DNA from: Ylistrum balloti
Taxonomy: Eukaryota
Direction: 5' to 3'
NCBI RefSeq assembly: GCF_031769215.1
Contig: NW_026782259.1
Coordinates: forward strand, 434,001 to 498,000
DNA length: 64,000 bases
Of the stretch, positions 33,276 through 44,885 are shown piece by piece (position 1 is the stretch's first letter; each line of letters opens with the position of its first letter). Position numbers and translations under genes: made by a program. A model generated the notes under the pieces. The model ran no database searches. It was not told the origin of the DNA and worked only from the letters and a program-made list of their open reading frames with translations.

Positions 33276-36200
33276 GTATGTAACTGTCTTACTGTTATGA
33301 CGTGGGGAGCGGGGAATGTAAGACCGCTTTCGCGTAACTAGGTTGAAACGTCCACTGAACATATCATTATTTCGCGATATTGCCAATAAACTGGTGCACC
33401 AGACATGCACTGGATGATGACAATTATATTGTTTCATAATTTAATTAAACAGGAACTAGTAATGAAATAGTTATTTTTTTACCCTTTGCCGAATAACACA
33501 GCATTTCCGAAAATATGTACTTGGAACGGTCATGTTTTATGTATAAAGTCCGAAAACTAGTGACTCTCTCCCAGATAGTTTTGGACAGGTACAGCTTGAT
33601 TACTCAAATTGCATATGCTGAGATCAATCCTTGCATTGCATTCTATTTTACAGATTCAGTCAATCCAACCGTTTCAACCTCTTACACACAAAGGCATTCT
33701 ATGAGAGTTGTCACCCTTAGCACATTTCACACCAGTACTTTTCTGATCCATATCCAATGGTTTGCCCCAATTCTCCAGCATGTCCTTAAGAAAGAAACAA
33801 AGATGAAGGATTAACAAGTTGATTATCTCTGATAAAGGCAAAAACAAAAATTGAAAAGGAAGAGCTTAGTATTAAGAAGTATGTCAGGGGGTAGAAATAG
33901 ATCTTAATGTTGAATGTTTTGTATTTTTTGGGTACACATTTGCATATTTAAACCTGTTACTGATCTGCTATACTTCAGATTGTTTTAATTTTGCAATGAT
34001 GACAGAAATACAATGTTAGATTTCCCTGAGAATTTACATCATGAATGAATGAATGAATGAATGAATGAATGGCAGCTTATTTTTGTTATGCAATGAGATA
34101 ACAAAAAGTTTACAATTGGCACAAATCTATGAAAGCAAACAAATTTATTTGCCACATGAGAGTCACATCCGAAAAATTTTTGTTTGTTTAACCCTTCAAG
34201 CATTTATATTGGATATGTTGTAATAATAAAAAAAAAATGCATGAAATGACAGGAGAGAGAGATACTTATCTCTATACACTCTGTACAGACTACACATCAT
34301 CCAGTTTATTCCATTTCTAATGCAGTTTTCACAAAGAATGATTTCCTATTTGTGATGTATGGTTCAGCGTTATTGAAAATCATTCTGTTGACTATTATCA
34401 TTACATTGATTAACACTTCAAAATGTTTCTTCTTACATCTCTGGTATGGTAGAATCCAATACTCTCCTGGAGTGGGAAGGTCTTAAGATGCATAATTAAT
34501 TTTGTGAATTTCATGAGTTGATTATAATTGTTCATATATAAGAAAATGACTTCTTCAAGCATAGTTTGTGTAATTTACTTTGGAGATGATTTTAAATTAA
34601 TTAGATTAACATGGGATGTTTCTTTAATCTTATGCACATTCTACAATGTATATGGTGTGTATTAAAACACCCTGTAGGTATTGTATGATATAATACACCC
34701 TGTTTGTGTTTTATGAGTTAATAAGTCCTGTATGTATTATGTGAGTTATTACCCACTATCATATGAGTGAATTCATCATGTATACATCATATGAGTTAAT
34801 ACAGCCCATTTACATTCAACAGACTCCCACTACCGTCTATTCCCTAAGTCTCTGGGAGAGGTGATGTCCACATATGGGGTTCAGGAACTGCACCTTAGTC
34901 AGACACAGGGTCTGTGGAGGTACAGACAATGGGGTTACCCTCCAGAGGATGCACCACCAGGAGCTGAACTTTGGACCTGGTTCCAGTCTAACAGAAACAA
35001 GTGAGCTATAATTTAGTATTGTATATCAGGTAATCTGTTCACAATGTTTAATTCAGCCTTTGAATTCATTATTTTTCATTTCCAGAGCCTTGAAGTCATA
35101 TTGTTGACTCAGATACAATGATTTCAAAGTCGCTTCTTAATTGTCTGGTATAACGAATAGAAATTCCTACTTAAACAACTTGGCAGAAGAAATCTTTAAC
35201 AGTTGTAATGGTTGTAAGAGGTAGACAGTTCAGTGTTGGTGTTAAGGCTATGATGTATGGGCAAACTATTGCCTTACTCTGAAAGGGCTCCTGAAACAAG
35301 CCACCCACTCTAATGTCTTGTCATCTGATCACAGTCTACAGTGTTTCCTGCTGCTTTTCTTACATCACTAGTATCAACTGTGAGCGTTGTGAACTGCTTT
35401 TTCTATAATCTGTCCACCCATCAGACAAGTCAGATAACTTTTTTCATTGTTGTTTCATCAGGACTATCCTAAATAGTATTGCAGTAAATTACTTTTTCAT
35501 CACTTTTTTATGCTCCTGAAAAATTTCCAGGGGGCATATAGTTGCCACCTTGTCCATCCATCCATGCGTTCTTTTGTGTCTGAAGCATAACTTTGCCATA
35601 CTTAACCAAGGATCATGAAACTTGATGTATATGTTGATCATACCAAGACGATGTGCAGTGTACAAAATCCAGAACTCGCAACCCTTAATTACAAGTGTAG
35701 CCCTTTGTTAAAAATTTCTTGTCTAGAGTATAACTTTGCCCATAGCTTAGCAAGGATAATGAAACTTAGAGTATACTTTGATCATACTTTGACAATGTGC
35801 TGTGTGCCAAATTCAGGGCCCTCAACCCCTCAGTTACAAAATTACTGCCCTTTGTTAAAATTGTCATGTTCAGAGCATAACTTTGCTTGTATTTAAGGTA
35901 AAATTATGAAACTTTGTGTATACAGTGATCATATAAAGACAATGTGCAGTATACCAGTGTTAGAACCTGCAACGCCTTAATTTTAGAGTTATTACCCTTT
36001 GTTAAAATTTTTGTCCTGAGCATAACTTTGCTTGCATTAAAACGAAGATAATGAAATTTGGTGTATACATTAATTGGTCATATTAAGAGAATGTGCAGTA
36101 TATCAAAATCAGGGCCTGCAACCCCTTGATTACAGAATTATGGCCCTTTGTTAAAATTTTATAACCAATGTAGTCGTTTTTGGGGAGCATTCATCAGTTT

Positions 36201-39200
36201 CTCTGATATTCTTTTATTTAACAGGTCAGATCAAGCTGTCCGAGATAAGTTGTGGTCAAATTACGTAAATGCTTTGTCAGGACTCTTTTGTTCTTCCCTC
36301 AACTTCATGGACAGCAAAGCTACAGTCAGTCCACGGTGGACATTTCGGCCACAGGGATTAGCATCAGAATATTATTCCATGGACTGGCGAAACCTGAAGT
36401 ACTCGGCTCTGCCTAGAGAGGTCGTTTGTACCGAGAACCTTACACCATGGAAGAAACTTCTGCCATGTGATTCAAAGGTAACAATGTCTTATTAGTAACT
36501 ACCTGTTGATGTTGTGAATTATATTGCAATTCCATAGTCTAGTGCCAGGAATTTTTCACTTGCATTGACAGTTTTTATGGTATTTTGTATTACCTTACAA
36601 TTAGTAGCCATCCAGCATGTGCTTCAGGAACCTGTGACACGATAATAAATCCATAGATATGTGAAACTTCTCTGCATGAAAAACTACACCTCATGAAACA
36701 CCACTGTGTATCAAAAATGACTAGATTGGTGTTGAGAAATTGAGAATGACATCTTGATTCATTAATGTCAAAAATCTTCAAATAACAAAGGAAATATTGC
36801 AAACCACTTCTGTTTGAGTACAATTTGTTTACACCATGGGAACTATAAGCAAAAATTTATCAATATTGATATGAATTATTACTATTTATAAAGAGAGGGA
36901 GTACAGATAAAACACAGTAAAAGTCTTATGTGTGAAAGTTAATCACAGCAAATTTTTACTGGTGCAGAGATCATGAAAAGATGGCTTACTGTATCAAAAA
37001 TTATATTTTAATTTTTTACAAAAAATTTATAATGAATGATTTTAAGGAACAAATACCCAATACTAGTACATTTGTGTGTCAATGTTTGGAGGAGATTATG
37101 TGTTGTTCATGGACCAGGATTAAGGATACGTTATTGGTAACAAAAGCCTAACAAAAGTACCTAATAAGCAACTACAGGGACTGCTTGGTAACCTGGCTTC
37201 AGGATTTCCTACTCGTCATTGTAGATGAGATATTTGACTCGGAATTGTAAGGCATTTTGTAATGCTGGTAATTCACTTTGTTTATTTTGTTTGTAGGTGG
37301 GATTATCTACATTGTTCAATGCCATCAAGTTACATGACTCATCATACCAGTCCATAGGGCTACATGTGAGGCCTATCTGTCGGGTAAGTAAATCCTTCTA
37401 CCAGTCCATAGGGCTACATGTGAGGCCTATCTGTCAGGTAAGTAAATCATTCTACCAGTCCATAGGGCTACATGTGAGGCCTATCTGTCAGGTAAGTAAA
37501 TCATTCTACCAGTCCATAGGGCTACATGTGAGGCCTATCTGTCAGGTAAGTAAATCATTCTAACAGTCCATAGGGCTACAGGTGAGGCCTATCTGTCGGG
37601 TAAGTGAATCATTCTTCCAGTCCATAGAGCTACATGTGAGGCCTATCTGTCGGGTAAGTAAATCCTTCTACCAGTCCATAGGGCTACATGTGAGGAATAT
37701 CTTTCAGGTAAGTAAATCATTCTACCAGTCCATAGGGCTACATGTGAGGCCTATCTGTCAGGTAAGTAAATCATTCTACCAGTCCATAGGGCTACATGTG
37801 AGGCCTATCTGTCAGGTAAGTAAATCATTCTACCAGTCCATAGGGCTACAGGTGAGGCCTATCTGTCGGGTAAGTGAATCATTCTACCAGTCCATAGGGC
37901 TACATGTGAGGCCTATCTGTCGGGTAAGTAAATCCTTCTACCAGTCCATAGGGCTACATGTGAGGCCTATCTGTCGGGTAAGTGAATCATTCTACCAGTC
38001 CATAGGGCTATATGTGAGGCCTATCTGTCAGGTAAGTAAATCATTCTACCAGTCCATAGGGCTACATGTGAGGCCTATCTGTCAGGTAAGTAAATCATTC
38101 TACCAGTCCATAGGGCTACAGGTGAGGCCTATCTGTCGGGTAAGTGAATCATTCTTCCAGTCCATAGAGCTACATGTGAGGCTTATCTGTCAGGTAAGTA
38201 AATCATTCTACCAGTCCATAGGGCTACATGTGAAGCCTATCTGTCAGGTAAGTCAATCATTCTACCAGTCCATAGGGCTACAGGTGAGGCCTATCTGTCG
38301 GGTAAGTGAATGAAGGAGTTAAGGACACTTTAGTTGGATCAGTGCTGTTTTTAAGAGTGCTATTTTATACAATTTCACATTTACAGGATTCCTTAGTGCA
38401 TTTGTTGATGAGATTGCTTTGTAAAAGAACTTATTGAGTTGTTTTGTACAAGTGTTAGTGGTGCTCACAAAATAAAGAGTTTTGTTATACTAAGTTGTCC
38501 ATTAAATCATAACAGGATGCAGCGTGTACCAAGTCATCTGTGGAGCTAAAGCAGACACTGACAGTGGTGTTCGATCCCACTACAAGTAGATTTGGACGAC
38601 AGAGTAAGTATCTTAACATCATTTATGTTGGCTTGAATTCAAAGTGAAATATTTCACATATTTTTATAATCTACAGCACAGAATGTGAGTATGTTTGGTC
38701 ACTCTTTATGTTCCAAGTAAAATTTATGATGTGTTTTATAATCTACAGCGTGGAGCTTTAGCAGTATGTTTGGTAAACCTTTACGTTCCCAGTGCCCTCT
38801 AGCCTCCAGGAGCAATGTCTATGTAGACATCACAGATAAAGATGTAAGTCATACCTTTAGTGTGTTATCTCAGTAAGTCATACATTTAGTGTTTTATCTC
38901 AGTAAGTCATACCTTTAGTGTGTTATCTCAGTAAGTCATACCTTTAGTGTGTTATCTCAGTAAGTCATACCTTTAGTGTGTTATCTAAGTAAGTCATACC
39001 TTTAGTGTGTTATCTCAGTAAGTCATACCTTTAGTGTGTTATCTCAGTAAGTTATACCTTTAGTGTGTTATCTCACAAATAAGTCACTGACAAATGACAA
39101 TTTAAAAAATTGAATGTTTTATTTCTGTCAGTGAAAAGCAGATTTATGTCTTATGGGGATTTTCTCCATATCATATGTTTGCTATGGCTATGCCTTGATA

Positions 39201-41755
39201 AGTTGGAGCAGTATCATCATTTTTTTTTTTTCAAAATCGTGGTCAGTGTTACTGAAATCAAAATGATACTGTAAATGGCTTCCATGGTCAACGTCACTGA
39301 TAATGAAATATGACTATGTAGAAATTGGCTATTATGTCTTTCCATAGTCTGGTGGAGGAAGATGGACGAGGAGCAATAGAAATGATTATTGTTATTAGGG
39401 GATTTTATGTACTTAACATAAGGATATGCTAGTTGTAGTGTATGACTGGTTTCTTGTAACTGATCATGTGAATCCATCAATGCTGTAATCTTTCAGTATC
39501 ATTATCACTTATAATGTTTAAATGTTTATATAGAGTTTTGTGAACTTCACTGATCAAACAGTACTTTACTTTGATACAGATTCCAGAGTTGAGGTTCACA
39601 CTGCAACAAGAGCCAACAGAGGTCTTACAATTCACTAGAGGCAGTGACAGGAGAACTTATGCAGTTTTTGATGTCGGTGAATTTCTGGAGCAGGATGGAT
39701 TCTTAGATCTCTCTGCTGACTATGAACAGAAGGCAGCTTACAAACAAGGATTGGAACCTTCGTTATATGCTCACCGATTTGTCACAGGTACAGTCACACT
39801 AATGTCTTAGATTAGTCCTTTGTTATATGTGTATTAAAATGTAAAGTAAGCATTAACAGAAAATATAAAGGAATGTGAAAATAGTTGAACTCACATATGT
39901 ATGGAACCAGGTATTCAAAATAAAAATGGTGTGCTATTTGATGGTAGATTTCAAAGTTTTCATTACATACACTTGTCATCCAATAGTGATTCTGATATTT
40001 TCCTATTAACATTACAATTGTTTGTGGTTATACATACCAGGTAATATGGCACAAAATTGCTTTTTCTCACAAGAGTTATTTGCCCTTTACCAGTTTTACA
40101 ATGAAAGGCATGTAAATAGAACAGATGAAGTAAAGTTACTACATACTATGGAATTTGGATATGAGAAATAACCCTGAAAATGATATATCTAATTTAATAG
40201 TTTATGTACCTGTGACCTATTCTTGCTATATATTTGTATGTGTTGGCTAGAATTAGGCTCACATTTCATGGCTACATGTACTGATGTTTGTTGTCCAGGA
40301 TTTGGCCTAGAGAGGGGAGGTATCACTTGTCAGATCTACAACAACCTGGATCAGAACCTCACACTGATATACATGGAGACTATACCCTGGTACTTCAGAG
40401 TCTACTACAACTCTCTTAGTATACGTAACAAGGGCAAGGACATCAAACCTTGTAAGTCACTGTTTATCATAGACCATAGGAAATTTGCATTCTGTAACCT
40501 ATAATACAACAAAGGTGAAAACAAAGTGACATATTTTCAACAAACTTTTAGCACATACAAAGGATGAAATGATTGATTTGTTCCTGTATATTGGAACTGC
40601 TGTTTTATGGTATAAATACACCCCACCTGGTCACACCTGCCTATTGTTAGTATGATGTGGCTGATTGAGGTGTCATGCTGTTGTGTCTACGGTACAACAT
40701 TTCATTGCAATGGCATTTAAAAAGTGCTTGTTGGTGGTTCTATCATCAATGGAAGCCAAGCCAAGCGAGTATAAACTACAAACAAAACATTCATATCCAA
40801 TTTTCTGTCTTTTTACTTGTTTTGAATGTTTCACAATTGTTTTTATACACTAGTTATACCCTACATGCATTGGTACCTAGTTCTGTAATCTCTCTTGTGT
40901 CTGACAGTCAAGGTCCATTTTGTGCTGGGGAAGGACAGATTGCGACCATACCATCTTGAAGTTGTGTTCCGACTACGTGCAAACTCTGTAACACGGATCA
41001 ATCTGGTGTTTGACCGTGCTTTCCTCAAATGGACAGAGTATCCTCCAGATGCTAACCATGGCTTCTATGCCAATGCTGCTGTGCTTACTACAATGTTGCC
41101 ATATGCTCATTCCTACTTAGCTGTCCAACAGAATGCCTCCTTGTTTCTAGAAAGGTACTTATAGCTTCAAAAGAAAATCCAGAATTTCTGGTTAACTTTG
41201 ATAGATATGTTGTTTTTTTGTATTGTTGTTAATCATTACACAGGGACATTGCATGTATTAATATGATTTAATGTTACAGTTTGTTAAATGCAATATATTT
41301 TATTTTTATCTTGTCAGACATTGTAGATTTTAGTTCCAGTGAACTATTGATATCCTTTTTTTTTTAAATATAACTTTAAAAATATATCTTACTGTTTCAT
41401 ATTCAACAGTTTCAGTGATGTCTCCAACCAGTTTTTCCTGCGAGTCCATACAGAGAGTTTACTGATCTCCCTACCCACTCCTGACTTCAGCATGCCCTAC
41501 AATGTCATCTGTCTAGCTTGTACTGTCGTGGCTATTGCATTTGGATCCATTCATAACCTCACAACTCGAATATTCAAGACAGTTGACCCAAAGAAGTCCA
41601 AAGGATTAAGAGAAAAAGTGAAAGCTTTTTTCAACAGGAAGAAAGTCACTTCAGAAGTAAAAGAAGCAGATGGAAAGAAATTGGAGGGAAATGATACAGA
41701 TGCTGAATTTCATAACAAAACATCAAAGACTGAGAGTCCTGAGAAACAATCATAG
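33071..41755 (+). CDS. PIGT: GPI transamidase component PIG-T (Gpi16), whole gene span
   Basis: Exons 33071-33275, 34823-35000, 36225-36477, 37297-37383, 38516-38603, 38749-38843, 39580-39787, 40299-40451, 40908-41154, 41410-41755 (1860 nt, about 619 aa). Motifs: signal peptide, [60 protein letters not shown] plus TM. The start could also be 33110 or 33113. Confidence 0.97.
34040..34070. repeat. (TGAA)n microsatellite
   Basis: About 7 copies of TGAA. Confidence 0.9.
34823..35000 (+). CDS. PIGT: PIGT exon 2
   Basis: [33 protein letters not shown]...GAELWTWF; not in the ORF track. Confidence 0.95.
35504..36215 (+). mobile_element. Full-length HINE/Pearl-like MITE with four ~146-bp internal repeats
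   Basis: 5' TTTTTATGCTCCTG...CAGGGGGCAT hairpin, GTCC/ATCC microsatellite, GCATAACTTTGC at about 35584, 35728, 35874 and 36020, 3' subTIR GGAGCAT plus ATCAG-TTTCT-CTGAT hairpin. Confidence 0.8.
36225..36477 (+). CDS. PIGT: PIGT exon 3
   Basis: [11 protein letters not shown]...[23 protein letters not shown]. Confidence 0.97.
37297..37383 (+). CDS. PIGT: PIGT exon 4
   Basis: [29 protein letters not shown]; ttgtag / gtaagt. Confidence 0.93.
37345..38310 (+). repeat. 54-bp tandem array of the exon-4 3' end plus donor, 18 copies
   Basis: Unit TACCAGTCCATAGGGCTACATGTGAGGCCTATCTGTCRG|GTAAGTAAATCMTTC: 39 exonic and 15 intronic nt. Confidence 0.97.
38516..38603 (+). CDS. PIGT: PIGT exon 5
   Basis: [21 protein letters not shown]... 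Confidence 0.93.
38749..38843 (+). CDS. PIGT: PIGT exon 6
   Basis: [28 protein letters not shown]. Confidence 0.93.
38844..39075 (+). repeat. 29-bp tandem array starting exactly at the exon-6 donor, 8 copies
   Basis: Unit GTAAGTCATACCTTTAGTGTGTTATCTCA. Confidence 0.95.
39580..39787 (+). CDS. PIGT: PIGT exon 7
   Basis: [12 protein letters not shown]...RTYAVFD...LYAHRFVTG. Confidence 0.92.
40299..40451 (+). CDS. PIGT: PIGT exon 8
   Basis: GFGLERGGI...[12 protein letters not shown]. Confidence 0.95.
40600..40790 (+). mobile_element. Possible degenerate Nin/RUDI-type SINE relic
   Basis: GTTAGTATGATGTGGCTGATTGAGGTGTCATG...AAACTACAAACAAAACA resembles mollusc Nin-SINE body and tail (from memory only). 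Confidence 0.3.
40908..41154 (+). CDS. PIGT: PIGT exon 9
   Basis: [11 protein letters not shown]...[16 protein letters not shown]. Confidence 0.96.
41410..41755 (+). CDS. PIGT: PIGT exon 10 (TM helix and cytosolic tail)
   Basis: [42 protein letters not shown]; TAG at 41753-41755. Confidence 0.96.
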
Positions 41756-42004
41756 AGTTTGTACAATCTGATACAAGATCATGTGCTTTTGCAGATACTG
41801 TTTTGGGTTGATTTCTTGTTGCAGTTCACACAGAAATTAAAAGTCCTATAATGTGACAATCAGTTGTAACAGTACATAAAAAAAAACAGACAATCCTTGG
41901 AATTACCTGAAATTTTGCTAGTTCATATCTGTACAAACAATATCTTGCTGTTCAAGTAGCGATCTGTGTTTTCTAAAGTGGGGTTCGGATCCCTTTATTG
42001 AGGT

Positions 42005-42445
42005 GTAAGGTAAAGGGGAAAGGGTTGGACAGTAGGGAGGATGGGTGTGATAGGTAAGGGAATAGGGTTAGACAGAAGAAGGATAGGTATGAAGTTTAAG
42101 GGGAAACGGTTGGACAATAGGAGTATATATGTGGAGGGTAGGGAGAAAGCGTTAAAGAGTAGGATGATGGAATGAAAGGAAGTGGAAGAGGGTTGAACAG
42201 TAGGAGTATGAATGTGTAGGGTAGAAGGATAGGGTTGAATGGTATGGGGGTGTGAAGGGTAGGGGGATAGGAGTATGGATTTGGAGGTAAAGAAATAGAG
42301 GAAATTAGAGGATAGGAGGACAAGTGTGAAGGTAAGAGGGAATAGGGTTGGAGGGTAGGAGGATAGGTGAAAAGAGTAGGGGGAATAGGGTTGGAGGGTA
42401 GTATGATAAGTGTAGAGGGTAGGAGGATGGGTGGAAAGAAAAGGG
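42005..42445 (+). repeat. Degenerate purine/G-rich ~42-bp repeat
   Basis: Recurrent GGGAATAGGGTTGGAGGGTAGGAGGATAGG-like units. Confidence 0.7.
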
Positions 42446-42789
42446 GTTAAAATCTGTGGCTATCCTATCTGGCATAAGAAAAATTCTAGAATTATATAAA
42501 CTTCCTCATAGAAACTGCATTGAGAATTGTGATATATTCTTCCTTACCATACAAAGGCAATCTTGTATTTTGGAACTGCTTCAGAATGTTCAAAGGATGA
42601 CAATTTATTTCATAAATGCTTTCAAATCTAAAAAGAAGCAAACTTATTTTGAACTCTCAGATGATAAGGATATAGAGAACAAATATTTCCCGCTAAGCTA
42701 AGTCTGTTTTTCTAAGCAGCCAAAACCAAGGTTACGATTTGGTTATTAGTAGAGGCTTTTGAGATTTCTCACTTTATGAGAGGATTGTT

Positions 42790-43275
42790 GCTGTGAAGTA
42801 AAGCACTAGATCTTGTGTTAGTTTGTTATTCTGTGATATCATGTTAATTTTGTATGTGTGTATATTTTGGGGAGTCTGTAGTATAGTCAGAATTTGTTGT
42901 CACATTTTGTATGAATGTATGTTTTTGAGAGTCTATAGTTTAGTCAGATTTTGTCATCACATTTTGTATGTTGTGAAGTAAAGCACTAGATCTTGTGTTA
43001 GTTTGTTATTCTGTGATGTCATGTTAATTTTGTATGTGTGTATATTTTGGGGAGTCTATAGTATAGTCAGATTTTGTCATCACATTTTGTATGAATGTAT
43101 GTTTTTGAGAGTCCCTAAATTAGTCAGAATTTGTTGTCACATTTTGTATGAGTGTATGTTTTTGAGAGTCTATAGTTTAGTCGGATTTTGTAGTCACATT
43201 TTGTATGAGTGTATGTTTTTGGGTGTCTATGAATTAGTCAAATTTTCATACCGCATTTTGTATTGATGTACATTG
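42790..43275. repeat. 57-bp degenerate repeat with a 180-bp higher-order duplication
   Basis: CACATTTTGTATG at 57-bp spacing; TGTGAAGTAAAGCAC at 42792 and 42972. Confidence 0.85.
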
Positions 43276-43619
43276 TTGGTAGTCTGTAGATTACTCCTAT
43301 TTTTTTTTATCTCATTCTCGAATCCCATGGTATCAAAAATTACCCTTCGCTGATTAACAAGTTTTGTTTTACCCATTTTTTCTTTGCAATATAAAATGAA
43401 AAAAACTCAAAATCACACTCCCATGAAATAAAAATTCTGTTGGAGAATAGTTGGAAACCAGCCTATAATAGCAGCAAAGGAATTATATATCGTAGGACCT
43501 GGCACTTCTATAGAAAATCAACTGTACATGTTAGAAGCATGAGAAACTATTAAGTTGTTGCTGAAGGAAGAAAAGATATTGACTGAAGTTCAGATTCCTA
43601 CATCTGTTACACAGTGACA

Positions 43620-44885
43620 GCAGTACTCAGTGACAGTAGGTAATCAGTGACAGTAGGTAATCAGTGACAGTAGGTAATCAGTGACAGTAGGTAATCAGTG
43701 ACAGTAGGTAATAGTGACAGTAGGTAATCAGTGACAGTAACAGTAGGTAATCAATGACAGTAGGTAATCAGTGACAGTAGGTAATCAGTGACAGTAGGTA
43801 ATCAATGACAGTAGGTAATCAGTAACAGTAGGTAATCAATGACAGTAGGTAATCAGTGACAGTAACAGTAGGTAATCAGTGACAGTAACAGTAGGTAATC
43901 AATGACAGTAGGTAATCAGTAACAGTAGGTAATCAGTGACAGTAGGTAATCAATGACAGTAGGTAATCAGTGACAGTAACAGTAGGTAATCAATGACAGT
44001 AGGTAATCAGTGACAGTAACAGTAGGTAATCAATGACAGTAGGTAATCAGTGACAGTAACAGTAGGTAATCAATGACAGTAGGTAATCAGTAACAGTAGG
44101 CAATCCATGACAGTAGGTAATCAGTGACAGTAACAGTAGGTAATCAATGACAGTAGGTAATCAATGACATTAGGTAATCAGTGACAGTAGGTAATCAGTG
44201 ACAGTAGGTAATCAGTTACAGTAACAGTAGGTAATCAGTGACAGTAGGTAATCAGTGACAGTGACAGTAGGTGATCAATGACAGTAGGTAATCAATGGCA
44301 GTAGGTAATCAGTGACAGTAGGTAATCAATGACAGTAGGTAATCAGTGACAGTAGGTAATCAGTGACAGTAACAGTAGGTAATCAGTGACAGTAGGTAAT
44401 CAGTGACAGTGACAGTAGGTAATCAATGACAGTAGGTAATCAGTGACAGTAGGTAATCAGTGACAGTAGGTAATCAGTGACAGTAGGTAATCAATGACAG
44501 TAGGTAATCAGTGACAGTAGGTAATCAGTGACAGTAGGTAATCAGTGACAGTAGGTAATCAGTGACAGTAACAGTAGGTAATCAATGACAGTAGGTAATC
44601 AGTGACAGTAGGTAATCAGTGACAGTAGGTAATAGTGACTGTAGGTAATCAGTGACAGTAACAGTAGGTAATCAATGGCAGTAGGTAATCAATGACAGTA
44701 GGTAATCAGTGACAGTAGGTAATCAGTGACAGTAGGTAATAGTGACTGTAGGTAATCAGTGACAGTAACAGTAGGTAATCAATGACAGTAGGTAATCAGT
44801 GACAGTAGGTAATCAATGACAGTAGGTAATCAGTGACAGTAGGTAATCAATGACAGTAGGTAATCAGTGACAGTAGGTAATCAGG
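43620..44885. repeat. 17-bp minisatellite (CAGTGACAGTAGGTAAT) with 6-bp insert variants, about 70 copies
   Basis: Read directly from the sequence. Confidence 0.95.

Noticed and set aside
37582-38313. 243-aa repeat ORF as a separate gene or PIGT paralogue
   Set aside because: It is the duplicated PIGT exon-4 end; treated as a decoy-donor array.
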